Shown: one piece after another, positions 50,539 to 60,499 of the stretch | Layout of the letters: each line of letters opens with the position of its first letter | How positions within the stretch are numbered: the stretch's first letter is position 1 | The notes under the pieces: model-generated | What the model was told of the DNA's origin: nothing | The model's database searches: none | The model's input: only the letters and a program-made list of their open reading frames with translations | Source: Candidatus Eiseniibacteriota bacterium | GTDB taxonomy: Bacteria; Eisenbacteria; RBG-16-71-46; JABDJR01 | DNA length: 64,000 nucleotides | Assembly (NCBI GenBank): GCA_963783375.1 | Contig: CAWANH010000017.1 | Location: 64,001-128,000 of the forward strand | Reading direction: 5' to 3' | Made by a program: the position numbers and the translations under genes

Positions 50539-52263
50539 ATGCCCGGCACGCCGCCCCGACTCGAGCCATCCGCACTCCGAGACGAAATCCTGGGGAGCAA
50601 CTCGCTCTTCCGGACGCCGTTCGGCAAGCGATTGATGGTATATGCGGACTACACCGCCTCGGGGCGGAACGTTCGGTTCATCGAACGCTACCTCCTGCGG
50701 ATCGAGGAGAGCTACGCCAACACCCACACCGAGGACGACGAAACCGGCCGGAGCACCACCGAGATGCTCCACCGGGCCGAGCGCATCATCAAGGCGGCGG
50801 CGAACGGGAACGAGGACACCTGCATCGTGGCGGTGGGAAACGGGTCCACCGGAGCGGTCCAGAAGCTCCAGGAGATCCTCGGGGTCTACGTGCCGCCGGC
50901 CACCCGGGAGCGGATCCGCACCCAGTTCGACCGGGCCTGCTCCGAGGCGAACGCGAACGCGCCGGACTTCTCCGCCTTCATGGACGCGTGCTCGCCGGTG
51001 GTGTTCGTGGGTCCCTACGAGCACCACTCCAACGAGATCTCCTGGCGGGAGTCCCTGGCCGAGGTGGTGGAGATCGCGCTCGGTGCCGACGGGGGGATCG
51101 ACCTCGAGGATCTCGATCGCCGGCTGGCCGATCCCCGATACGCCGGCCGGACGAAGATCGGGGCGTTCTCCGCCGCCTCGAACGTGACCGGCATGAAGTC
51201 GCCGGTCTACGAGATGGCCCGCATTCTGCATCGCCACGACGCCCTGGCCTGTTTCGACTTCGCCGCCTGCGCGCCCTACCTGCGCATGGACATGAACCGG
51301 GACGCCGAGTCCTACCTCGACGCGGTGTACTTCTCCCCCCACAAGTACCTGGGGGGGCCCGGCTCCACCGGCATCCTGCTCTTCAATCGCCGGATCTATC
51401 GCTCCGATCTCCCGCCGACCTTCGCGTCCGGAGGCACGGTGGACTACGTGGGGTTCACCGGCCAGGAGTATACCCAGGACATCGAGGCGCGTGAGAAGGC
51501 GGGGACCCCGGGAACCCTGCAATTGATGCGGGCGGCCCTGGCCATGGAACTGGCCGAGGCGGTGGGGTACGAGGAGATCGAGCGGATCGAGCGGGAGCAC
51601 ATCCGGGCGGCCATGAAGCGGCTGGGGGATCATCCGGGGATCGAGATCCTCGGAAACCCCGACCCCGACCGGCGGATCGGCATCATCTCCTTCAACCTCC
51701 GTCACGGGGACCGCTACCTGCATCCCAAGCTGGGAACCCGGCTCCTGAACGATCTCTTCGGCATCCAATCCCGGGCCGGCTGCTCCTGCGCCGGCCCCTA
51801 CGGCCACCATCTCCTCCAGATCACCGCTCCGGTCTCCGACCGCTACCGGGACCGGATCGTGGCCGGGTGCCAGGGGGTCAAGCCGGGGTGGATCCGGGTG
51901 GGGTGCCACTACTCCATGGACGACCTGGACCTGTCCTATCTCTGCCGGGCGGTGGAGTTCCTGGCCGACCATGGCCCGCGGTTCATTCCGCTCTACCGCT
52001 TCGATCTCGGGACCGGGGCGTGGAGCCATCGGGACGCCGCGGAGGGCGAGCCGCCCAGATTCGGACTGGAGTGCGCGCTGGAGGCCCGCCGGGAGGAGCT
52101 CCCCGGCATTTCCCGCGACGAGCGGAGCGCCCTCTACGAGTCCTACCTCGCCGAGGCGCGCCGGCTCGCCGACGCCCTGGCCGCGGGGCCGACCCCCGCC
52201 TTCCGCCCGCTTCCCGGGGATCTGGAGCCCCTCGCCTTTTTCCGGGTGGTCGACTACTCCTGA
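50539..52263 (+). CDS. Class V aminotransferase / cysteine desulfurase-like PLP enzyme
   Basis: YADYTASG, YANTH, EHHSN, AASNVTG, SPHK, RAGCSCAGPYGH. Confidence 0.88.
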   Translation: MPGTPPRLEPSALRDEILGSNSLFRTPFGKRLMVYADYTASGRNVRFIERYLLRIEESYANTHTEDDETGRSTTEMLHRAERIIKAAANGNEDTCIVAVGNGSTGAVQKLQEILGVYVPPATRERIRTQFDRACSEANANAPDFSAFMDACSPVVFVGPYEHHSNEISWRESLAEVVEIALGADGGIDLEDLDRRLADPRYAGRTKIGAFSAASNVTGMKSPVYEMARILHRHDALACFDFAACAPYLRMDMNRDAESYLDAVYFSPHKYLGGPGSTGILLFNRRIYRSDLPPTFASGGTVDYVGFTGQEYTQDIEAREKAGTPGTLQLMRAALAMELAEAVGYEEIERIEREHIRAAMKRLGDHPGIEILGNPDPDRRIGIISFNLRHGDRYLHPKLGTRLLNDLFGIQSRAGCSCAGPYGHHLLQITAPVSDRYRDRIVAGCQGVKPGWIRVGCHYSMDDLDLSYLCRAVEFLADHGPRFIPLYRFDLGTGAWSHRDAAEGEPPRFGLECALEARREELPGISRDERSALYESYLAEARRLADALAAGPTPAFRPLPGDLEPLAFFRVVDYS

Positions 52264-53327
52264 CCGCCCCCTCCGAAGGCGAGCCCCCGCTCATGGCCCA
52301 GGAGCGCCTCCTTCCGCCAGAGACCGCCTCCGTAGCCCACCAGCTTGCCGTCGTGACCCACCACGCGATGGCATGGAAGGAGGATGGCCAGCCGGTTGTC
52401 CCCGTTGGCCCGTCCCACCGCGCGCACCGCGGCGGGGCGGCCGATCCGGCGGGCCAGGGTCTCGTAGCTCACGGTGTCGCCGTAGGGGATGGCGGCGAGG
52501 CCTCGCCACACCGCGCGCTGGAACTCGGTGCCGCGAAGGACGAGGGGGACGTCGAAGCGTTTCCGTTCCCCCGCGAAATACTCCCGTAGCTCCTCGCCCA
52601 GCCGGACCAGGTGCTCGTTCTCTCCGGGGGCGAACCGGGCGTCCAGGAGCTTTCGGAGCCGGCGGATCTGGGTCTCCAGCATGCGGCGGTCGGCGAACTC
52701 CAGCAGGCAGACGCCCTCCTCGGTGGCCGCGGCCACCATGGGTCCGAGGGGGGAGAGGATCCGGGTGGTGACCACCAGGGCGGCCCCGCGGCTCCGTCCC
52801 GGGGCGTCGCCGAAGTGGCGGGCGAAGGCGTCCCGGAACCCGCTCGGGGACTCGTAGCCCGCGTCGTAGGCGGTCTCGGTGAGGTCGCCGCCCAGGCGGA
52901 TGTTCCCCAGGGCGAGCCCCAGGCGCCGCGCCCGGAGGTAGGCGTGAAAGGTCATGCCGTGCCGGGCCTTGAACCAGCGCCGGACCCGCCCCGGGTCGAT
53001 CCCCCGCTCGCGGAGGTCGGCTTCGGTCCAGCGGCGGGACGGGTCGTGATCGACGTCGGCCAGGAGGCCGCGGAGCCATGCCGGCGGCTCGCCCCGGGGT
53101 TCCAGCGGCCGGCACCGGCGGCAGGGCCGGTAGCCCGCGGCGGCGGCGTCCCGCGCCGAGGGGTAGAACTCGACGTTCTCCGGGCGCGGCCGCCGCGCGG
53201 CGCAGGTCGGCCGGCAGAAGATCCGGGTGGTCCGGACGGCCACGAAGAAGACCCCCTCGTAGGCGGGATCCCGCTCCGCGAACGCCCGGCGCATCTCTTC
53301 GGTGGAGGGCATGTTCATGGTGATCAT
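52254..53327 (-). CDS. ada: Bifunctional transcriptional activator / O6-methylguanine-DNA methyltransferase Ada
   Basis: FCRPTC...RPCRRCRP Zn site, AraC HTH, PCHRVV. Confidence 0.93.
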   Translation of the reverse strand: MITMNMPSTEEMRRAFAERDPAYEGVFFVAVRTTRIFCRPTCAARRPRPENVEFYPSARDAAAAGYRPCRRCRPLEPRGEPPAWLRGLLADVDHDPSRRWTEADLRERGIDPGRVRRWFKARHGMTFHAYLRARRLGLALGNIRLGGDLTETAYDAGYESPSGFRDAFARHFGDAPGRSRGAALVVTTRILSPLGPMVAAATEEGVCLLEFADRRMLETQIRRLRKLLDARFAPGENEHLVRLGEELREYFAGERKRFDVPLVLRGTEFQRAVWRGLAAIPYGDTVSYETLARRIGRPAAVRAVGRANGDNRLAILLPCHRVVGHDGKLVGYGGGLWRKEALLGHERGLAFGGGGQE

Positions 53328-53399
53328 GGAGCGAGCGTAGCCGCGCCCGCCCGCCCCGTTCCACCGATTTTCGCGCGCCGAATCAGACCGCCCCGTCCC

Positions 53400-56300
53400 T
53401 CACCGGCCGGCGTGGATGATCACCACCTTGCTGGAGAGCGTCCGGCCGTCGGCGCGGAGCCTGTAGAAGTAGACCCCTCCGGGAACCGGGCGGCCCGCCT
53501 GATCCCGGCCGTCCCAGCGTGCGGTATGCGGACCCGCTTCCGCGGACCCCTCGAAGAGGGACCGGATGAACCGCCCGTTGAGGTCGAACACCTCCAGGCT
53601 GACCCGGCCGTCGGCCGCGGTGCTGAAGTCCAATCGCCCCGAGGTGCCGGACGGCAGAGGGTTGGGGGAGATCGGGGAGAGGGCGGTGGGGAACTCGACG
53701 GGGGGTGGCGGGACCGGGACGGTGAGCGCCGAGTCGCGGCAGGCGGCCCCGTTGGGGAACCCGAACCAATTCAGCACCTCACCCAGCCGGTCGGCGACCG
53801 CAGCGGTCGTGGCCGAGGCGTCGCGCCGCCGGATGACCGACAGGCCGTCCACCACCGTCCGGTAGTTGCCTCCGCTGGTGGCCCGGTTGGAGACGGCGGA
53901 ATACGAGACCAGGCCCTGGTTGGGCCCATCGTAGTTCTCGTCCCCGAGCGGAGACCCGATCGCTCCCGCGTGCGTGTCGAGAACGTCGAAGGAGCGGAAG
54001 TAGGGAGTCCCGTTCCCCTCCCCGTAGTGCGTGAACCCCCGGCCGGAGGCGGTCCGCGAACCCAATTCCGGCGCCAAGGGGATGTCGGACACCGGCTCGG
54101 AAGGCGTGTTGGCGGGGCAGCCCCCGGTACGAACGGTATTGCACAGGACGTCGGTTCCGCAGTACTCGCCCAAGAATCCGGCCGTGGCCGCGTTTCCGCT
54201 CACATCGTAGGCGAGGCCGTCGCCCGAGAGGTAGAGATTCCTCGGTCCGACATTGAGCACATCCAGGGTCAGCCATGGGATCAGGAGGTCGCTGTCCGGT
54301 TTGCGGAGCGTGTTGGCGTCCAGGCTTCCACTGTCCCAGAGGATCGCCTTGTAGCCCAGAAGCTGATAAAGGCTCGCCCCATAGGCGGACCGGAGGGGGC
54401 GGCCCAGCGTGGCCTGGTTGCTGGACGGGGCCCGGACGTCGTAGCGATCCCAGTTCGATCCCTCGAAGTTGACCGAACCCGTGCCCAGGAGCGAGGCAAG
54501 GGCCCCCTCGACATAGGGCTGTGCGCCCCGGCCGTCGGCGTCGTCCACGTAGAGAACGCAGTTGAACGTCGAGTCGGGTCCCATGGAGGAGGGCAGGCAC
54601 TCCCACTCCAGGCAGTTCCCCCCGGTCGTGTCGGGGGCCGTCGACCAGCTGAGGGTGCCGATCTCACGCGCCTTGTAGAACAGGCATACCCGGCTTCCGG
54701 GCGTGAACAGATCGTCCGGGAAGATGTCGTTCGCGAGATGGGTAAGGAGGCCGGTGGGGCCGTAGTCGGTGGGATCCACGTCGGTGTCGGTGCCGGTGAA
54801 GTTGGGATCCTGTTCGTGATAGGCGGTCATCCAGTAGCCGGTGAAGGCCACGCCGCCGACCTCGGCGGTGTCCATGCGGGCGGAGTACCAGCTCTGGCCG
54901 TCGTGAACTCCCTCGTAGGTCTGGCCGGACAGCCACGTATTCAGTTGAACGGTATTGATTCCCGGACCCGGATGTAGCGCGAACTGGACCCGGACTTCGG
55001 CCTCTCCGAGGCCCCCACGCACCACCAGCGTGTCGCCGAGCGCACTGCCGGCGACCGGGCCGGTGTCGCCGGTGATGTAGCCGGAATCGAGCCGTCCCGG
55101 GGCATCGAGCCTCAACGTTCCGTTCTCGGGGAACGCGTCCTGGGGAAGATCGAAGGGCCGAAGGGCGAGCACGGGGACGCAGGGGCTGGTGGAGACCTCG
55201 AAGCAGACGTTGTCGAACCAGGGCGTGGAGTTGGTGAACCCCGTGCACGATCCGGTGTAGAACCGACAGTAATTGACGACCCCGAGTCCGATGCGCACCG
55301 CCTCGGCGGTCGGATCGATGATCCCGGTGAAGTCGGCCTTCGCCTGTGGCCCCCCGGACGCGCTACAACTCGGGGAGTTGCTGTAGTAGTAGACGAATCC
55401 GTTGGACTTCCAGGGGCTCGCCGCCGTAGTGGGGCCGGCCGGGCAGCTCGTGTACGGGTACCACTGCACCAGGACCTGGGCGAAAATGTAGTTCTTGATC
55501 GGGGTTTCGGAATAGTAATCGTACTTCACGTAGTCGTATGCGGATCCCACCATGCCGGCCTGGAGGAGATCGATCCAGGGCGAGGCGGCGATGTTGTCCT
55601 GGTAGGTCCCGTGGCCGCCCACGGCGAGATCCTGGAAGACGAGGACGCTGCCCGCCATGGCGCAGGAGCCGGAGACGAGCGGAGGGGGAAGGGTGGAAAG
55701 TTCCACGATGTCCGACCAGTCCCCTCCCGCACCCGGCTGCGGCGGATCGAGAGCCCACCCGTCGCTGCCGGCCTCGAAATTGTCGAAAAAGGACAGGCTG
55801 GGAGAGGTGACCGAGATGTCGTCGACCGCGAAGGCGCCGCACGTCGTGGGGTAGCCGCCGTCCTCGTCCGATCCGGTGGCATCGCTCACGAACCGGAAGC
55901 GGATCCGGATCGGGCCGGCGACGGTCGGGAGGTCCGTGCCCGGCTTCAGGATCTTGGTGTACGATCCGGCGGAGACCCCGGTTCCAAAGGCCACGAGCTT
56001 GGTCGTGCCGGCGGAAACATCCTCGACCTCCACCCGGATCACGTCCCGGTAATTGTCGGTGTTGAGGTTGTATTTGAAGCTGAGGGTCACGTTGTCCGTG
56101 CCGTTGTAGTTGAAGACCTTGCTGATCGACGTGTCCCAGTTGTTCCCGTAGCCGCGTCCTGTCTGATAGCAGGCGTAGGCGGCTTCGGCCGCGGTGAGCC
56201 CCACCCAGAACGACCAGTTCCCGCCGAGGCCGACGGCGCTACCCACGCAGGCCGGGCCGGCGAAGTCCGAGACGCCCATGCGGCGGAAGTAGGTCGCGCC

Positions 56301-56846
56301 CTGGCTCCGCGTGAGATCAATCCCGATCCATCCCTCCATCAAGGCGTGAAGTTCCTGCCCCGGTGGGGCAGGGTTGGTCGGCGAACCGTACTTGTACGGG
56401 TCCACGCCGGGCGTCGAGTAGTTGAAGCTCGACCCCACCCCCGAATCGAACGTCCACATCCCTCCTGAGACGGCTTCCCAGCGCGCTTCGGTGGCATCCC
56501 AGATCGTTCCCCCGAAGCAAGTGCTGCCGCTCACGTTCAGGACGCCCTCGGGGGATTGAGCCGTGCCGGGGAGGGCCTGGTTGTCGGGGTCCACCAGCTG
56601 GATCGCGCGCCCCCGGGGTGGTTTGATCGCCGCGGCCTCCGTCCGGCGGACTCCCGGCCCCTCCAACTGCATCACCGTCACGAATGAAAGCACAGCCAGG
56701 AGAAAGCCCCATCGCCGGGACCCGAATCCCCGGCCACATCCGGTCGGACGGGGTTCCATCCGGTACGAGTGAACCCGGGTCGTGGGGAGGATGGCCGGAC
56801 CGGGACGGGTGGCGTTCGGGCGCACGAACGGGATGGGGCTCGGCAT
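53400..56846 (-). CDS. Large secreted Cys-rich multidomain protein with C-terminal FlgD-Ig (T9SS-CTD-like) domain
   Basis: Hydrophobic N-terminal segment; jelly-roll motif RFRFVSD...VDDI; VLYVDD...ILWDSG domain; C-terminal PNP...FDLNGR...WDGRDQAGRPVPGGVYFYRL. Start codon uncertain. Confidence 0.8.
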   Translation of the reverse strand: MPSPIPFVRPNATRPGPAILPTTRVHSYRMEPRPTGCGRGFGSRRWGFLLAVLSFVTVMQLEGPGVRRTEAAAIKPPRGRAIQLVDPDNQALPGTAQSPEGVLNVSGSTCFGGTIWDATEARWEAVSGGMWTFDSGVGSSFNYSTPGVDPYKYGSPTNPAPPGQELHALMEGWIGIDLTRSQGATYFRRMGVSDFAGPACVGSAVGLGGNWSFWVGLTAAEAAYACYQTGRGYGNNWDTSISKVFNYNGTDNVTLSFKYNLNTDNYRDVIRVEVEDVSAGTTKLVAFGTGVSAGSYTKILKPGTDLPTVAGPIRIRFRFVSDATGSDEDGGYPTTCGAFAVDDISVTSPSLSFFDNFEAGSDGWALDPPQPGAGGDWSDIVELSTLPPPLVSGSCAMAGSVLVFQDLAVGGHGTYQDNIAASPWIDLLQAGMVGSAYDYVKYDYYSETPIKNYIFAQVLVQWYPYTSCPAGPTTAASPWKSNGFVYYYSNSPSCSASGGPQAKADFTGIIDPTAEAVRIGLGVVNYCRFYTGSCTGFTNSTPWFDNVCFEVSTSPCVPVLALRPFDLPQDAFPENGTLRLDAPGRLDSGYITGDTGPVAGSALGDTLVVRGGLGEAEVRVQFALHPGPGINTVQLNTWLSGQTYEGVHDGQSWYSARMDTAEVGGVAFTGYWMTAYHEQDPNFTGTDTDVDPTDYGPTGLLTHLANDIFPDDLFTPGSRVCLFYKAREIGTLSWSTAPDTTGGNCLEWECLPSSMGPDSTFNCVLYVDDADGRGAQPYVEGALASLLGTGSVNFEGSNWDRYDVRAPSSNQATLGRPLRSAYGASLYQLLGYKAILWDSGSLDANTLRKPDSDLLIPWLTLDVLNVGPRNLYLSGDGLAYDVSGNAATAGFLGEYCGTDVLCNTVRTGGCPANTPSEPVSDIPLAPELGSRTASGRGFTHYGEGNGTPYFRSFDVLDTHAGAIGSPLGDENYDGPNQGLVSYSAVSNRATSGGNYRTVVDGLSVIRRRDASATTAAVADRLGEVLNWFGFPNGAACRDSALTVPVPPPPVEFPTALSPISPNPLPSGTSGRLDFSTAADGRVSLEVFDLNGRFIRSLFEGSAEAGPHTARWDGRDQAGRPVPGGVYFYRLRADGRTLSSKVVIIHAGR

Positions 56847-57120
56847 GGGGGGCCTCCTTGAGCGTAGATTGCGCTTGGGCGGCGGGTATACTCCGTATAA
56901 TGATCAACTTAGTCATGTTTGAATGAATGTCAAGCTCGTTCAGGAGAACATTCACATTCGACATTTGTCCTCGGAAGCCTGACATATGGGCGGGGATGGA
57001 TGTGCGCTCTGGGATACCGGCATGACAGGAAGAGAAAATTCGCGCAAGGGGGGCGTTAGCAACGGGATGGGCCGGGCGTAGAATCCGGCGGGGAATCGGG
57101 GGCGTGGGCCGGGCCCGGGA

Positions 57121-59040
57121 TTACTCCCTGCCGCGGTTTTCGCCGTCGGCCATCGCCGCCAGGACCGGGCTCCTGTCCTTCCCCCCCGTCTCCATCGACC
57201 GCGCCCAGGCCAGCCACTCGGCCAGGACCACCACCGCCCAGATGGCCCGGGCGTGGTCGGCGCGTCGCTCGTCGTGCTCGCGCAGCAGCTCCAGCGCGGC
57301 CTCGGGGCGGATGCCCACCGCGGCGAGGCCGGGATCGCCCAGCCGCTCCGCCGCCCAGTCATGGAGATCCTCGCGAAGCCAGCGGGCCAGGGGGACGGAG
57401 AGCCCGCGCTTCTTCCGGTGGACCACGTTTCGGGGCAGGTATCGAAGGGCGTAGCGCTTGAGGAACGCCTTGGTGGTGATCCGGCGCACCCGCTCGGGTT
57501 CGGGGAGGGTGGCCGCGAACTCCATCACGTCCCGGTCCAGGAACGGCGCCCGGAGTTCGACCGCCGAGGTCATGCTGGCGCGGTCCGCCTTGGTCAGGAG
57601 TCCCTCGGCCAGGCCGTGCTCCAGGTCGTAGAGCTGGACCGTGTCCAGGATCGAGTCCCGGCCCTCGGCTTCGAACGTGGGGGGCTCGACACCGAGCCGG
57701 CGGATCAGCTCCGGAGAGACCGCCGAGGTCCAGAGCGCGTGGCGTTCCAGCCCGTCCATCTCCGCCCCGGCCACGAACTTCTTCAGCAGGAAGGAGAGGG
57801 TCACCTTCTTGTCGCTGGGCGGCCAGGCCTCCACCGCCCGGCGGATGGGAGCCTTGAGCCAACCGGGGAGTCCGGCGTAGCGTCCGGCGGCCAGCGCTCC
57901 GATGTAGGTCGGGTACCCGCCGAAGAGCTCGTCCGAGCCCTCGCCCACCAGCGCGACCTTCACGTCCTCGGCGGCCCGGCGGGCCAACAGCGCGGTGGGG
58001 ATCCAGGCCGGATCGGCCAGGGGCTCGCCCACGAGGCGAATCACGCGTCTCAGCTCGTCGGGGAAATGCTTCGGCTCCACCCACACCGTGACCGCTTCGG
58101 CCCCTACCTGGCGCGCCACCTGGGCCGCGACCTCCCCTTCGTCGTAGGACGCCTCGGAGAACCGGAGGGTGAAGGCCCGGAGCCGGACCTCCGGGCGGAC
58201 GGACCGGGCCACCGCCGCCACCAGGGACGAATCGATGCCGCCGCTCAGGAAGACGCCGAAGGGCACGTCGTTCTCGGTCTGGCGTCGCACCGATTCCCGG
58301 AAGATCGCGTCGAACCGCTCCAGGGAGGGCGGCTCCTTCTTCACCAGCCCCAGCGGCCAGCTCCAGTAGGGGATGCTTCGCGCCTCGGAGTCCTCCAGGA
58401 GCACCCGGTGCCCGGGGCGTACCTTTCTCACCTCACGGAACGGGGTGAGGGGGGAGGCGAAGCACCCGAAGCGGAGGTAGGAAGCCAGCGCTCCGGGATC
58501 GGGAGTGAGGTGGAGGGAGGGGTCCACGGCGAGGGCGGCGATCTCGGTGGCGAAGGTCCAGCCGTCGATCGCCCGCGCGTAGAAGAGGGGCCGCTCGCCG
58601 GCCCGGTCGCGGGCCAGGAGAAGCCGGCGGCGTCGCGGGTCCCAGACCGCGATGGCGAAGGCCCCCACCAGCTTCGATACGAACTCCTCGCCGAACTCGA
58701 GGTAGAGGGGAAGCACCACCGCCACGTCGGTGGCGTAGGGCACCGAACGGCCGCGGGAGGCGAGAAGCTCCCGGAGCTCCGGGTGGTTGTCCACCTCGCC
58801 GTTCACCACCGCCAGCACGCCGGTCTCGGGATCCAGGAAGGGTTGGTGTCCGTCGCCGAGGCCTCGGATGGCGAGCCGGGTGGCCCCGAGGAGCGCGCCG
58901 CCTCTTCCCCCCGCGTCGCCGCCCCCCCCCATCCCCGAGTCGTCGGGACCGCGGTGGGCCAGGGCGGACACCATCGCCTCCACCCGGCGGCCGTCCTCCG
59001 GGGGGGTTCGGTGGGTGACCACGCCGCAGATCCCGCACAT
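57121..59040 (-). CDS. asnB: Asparagine synthase (glutamine-hydrolysing) family amidotransferase
   Basis: MCGICG N-terminal Cys, HRGPD, NGE, ARDRAG, FLSGGIDSS, GEGSDELFGGY, ELRAPFLD. Confidence 0.9.
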   Translation of the reverse strand: MCGICGVVTHRTPPEDGRRVEAMVSALAHRGPDDSGMGGGGDAGGRGGALLGATRLAIRGLGDGHQPFLDPETGVLAVVNGEVDNHPELRELLASRGRSVPYATDVAVVLPLYLEFGEEFVSKLVGAFAIAVWDPRRRRLLLARDRAGERPLFYARAIDGWTFATEIAALAVDPSLHLTPDPGALASYLRFGCFASPLTPFREVRKVRPGHRVLLEDSEARSIPYWSWPLGLVKKEPPSLERFDAIFRESVRRQTENDVPFGVFLSGGIDSSLVAAVARSVRPEVRLRAFTLRFSEASYDEGEVAAQVARQVGAEAVTVWVEPKHFPDELRRVIRLVGEPLADPAWIPTALLARRAAEDVKVALVGEGSDELFGGYPTYIGALAAGRYAGLPGWLKAPIRRAVEAWPPSDKKVTLSFLLKKFVAGAEMDGLERHALWTSAVSPELIRRLGVEPPTFEAEGRDSILDTVQLYDLEHGLAEGLLTKADRASMTSAVELRAPFLDRDVMEFAATLPEPERVRRITTKAFLKRYALRYLPRNVVHRKKRGLSVPLARWLREDLHDWAAERLGDPGLAAVGIRPEAALELLREHDERRADHARAIWAVVVLAEWLAWARSMETGGKDRSPVLAAMADGENRGRE

Positions 59041-59378
59041 GTCGCAGTCGCCTCCAGGGAGAGCCGGGGCGGGGCACGGGCGGCCCCGGCTCCCGGGCAC
59101 GCCCGACCGGCCGCGGGGGCGACCGTAAGCGACCATGATGATTCCATCTGCCGGCTCGGGGAGCAAGCTCCGCGAAGGGTCTTCCGTTCCGCGGCCCCGG
59201 ACCGGCGGGTTTGACGAAATCGTTCCGGGTGTGGTTGGCTAGTTGGACGCGCCTCCGGGAAATTGGATTGACCCCGGCGGCCGTGAATTTCGGCACTCGT
59301 TAAGAACTCGTACTGGCCCTGGCCATTCATGGGGCGGTGTCGTGAGGCGGAGGGGGCGTCCGCGGCGGATGCGGACCC

Positions 59379-59801
59379 ATGAGTGTTCCCGGGCATGGGG
59401 AGGTCCGAACCTTGACTCCCTGGCCTCTGGCCGTCTACTTCGTCGCGGTGATCGCCCTGGTCGGCATCATGATCGGCTTGGCGCACGTGCTCGGCGAACG
59501 CCACCGGGACCGCGCCACCGGCGAGCCCTACGAATCCGGCATCGTCTCCACCGGTTCGGCCCGCATCCGCTTCTCCGCCCACTTCTACCTCGTGGCCATG
59601 TTCTTCGTGGTGTTCGACCTGGAGGCGGTGTTCCTCTTCGCCTGGGCGGTCGCCGCCCCCGAACTGGGGTGGCCCGGCTACATCGAGGTCCTGGTGTTCG
59701 TCGGGATCCTCCTGGCCGCCCTGATCTACCTCTGGAAGGTCGGGGCCCTGGAATGGGGCACCGCCCGGCGGGTGAAGACCCGGGCCAAGGGACTCCTCTG
59801 A
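59379..59801 (+). CDS. nuoA: NADH-quinone oxidoreductase subunit A
   Basis: [24 protein letters not shown]. Confidence 0.95.
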   Translation: MSVPGHGEVRTLTPWPLAVYFVAVIALVGIMIGLAHVLGERHRDRATGEPYESGIVSTGSARIRFSAHFYLVAMFFVVFDLEAVFLFAWAVAAPELGWPGYIEVLVFVGILLAALIYLWKVGALEWGTARRVKTRAKGLL

Positions 59802-59805
59802 ACCG

Positions 59806-60471
59806 ATGAAGTGGTGGATCTCCAGACCGGATGACGGCGCCTCGCCCGGGAGCCCCCGGCCCAGTTCCAATCCCTCGATCGAGGAGCAGGTGAAAGAGAC
59901 CCTGGTCCTGGGAAAGCTGGACCAACTCGTGGCCTGGGGGCGGAAGAACTCCATGTGGCCGTTCTCCTTCGGGCTTTCCTGCTGCTTCGTGGAGATGGCC
60001 ACCAGCCTCACCAGCAAGTACGACATCGCCCGCTACGGCGCCGAGGTCATCCGGGGGACGCCGCGGGAAGCCGACGTGATGGTGATCGCGGGCACGGTGT
60101 TCATGAAGATGGCCCCCATCGTGCAGCGCCTCTACGAGCAGATGATGGCGCCGCGGTGGGTCATCTCGATGGGATCCTGCGCCAATTCCGGGGGCATGTA
60201 CGACATCTACAGCGTGGTCCAGGGGGTGGACAAGTTCCTTCCCGTGGACGTCTACGTTCCCGGTTGCCCCCCCCGTCCCGACGCGTTCATGGAGGGGCTC
60301 CTGCTTCTGCAGAAGGCGGTGGGAAGCGAGAGGCGCCCCCTCTCCTGGGTGGTGGGTCCCCAGGGCGTGCACCGTCCGCCGATGCCGTCGAACCGGGATC
60401 TGAAGCGGGCGGAGCGGGCGGGGGCGACCGACCTGACCTCTCCGGACGAGAGCAAGCGGGAGACGCCATGA
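59806..60471 (+). CDS. nuoB: NADH-quinone oxidoreductase subunit B
   Basis: [24 protein letters not shown]. Confidence 0.96.
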   Translation: MKWWISRPDDGASPGSPRPSSNPSIEEQVKETLVLGKLDQLVAWGRKNSMWPFSFGLSCCFVEMATSLTSKYDIARYGAEVIRGTPREADVMVIAGTVFMKMAPIVQRLYEQMMAPRWVISMGSCANSGGMYDIYSVVQGVDKFLPVDVYVPGCPPRPDAFMEGLLLLQKAVGSERRPLSWVVGPQGVHRPPMPSNRDLKRAERAGATDLTSPDESKRETP

Positions 60472-60499
60472 GGGAAGCGGGGAAAGGCGAGCGCGTACG

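Noticed and set aside
57121-59040. asnB as a lasso-peptide cyclase
   Set aside because: It has an intact N-terminal Cys glutaminase domain, and no precursor, PqqD-like or peptidase genes are nearby.
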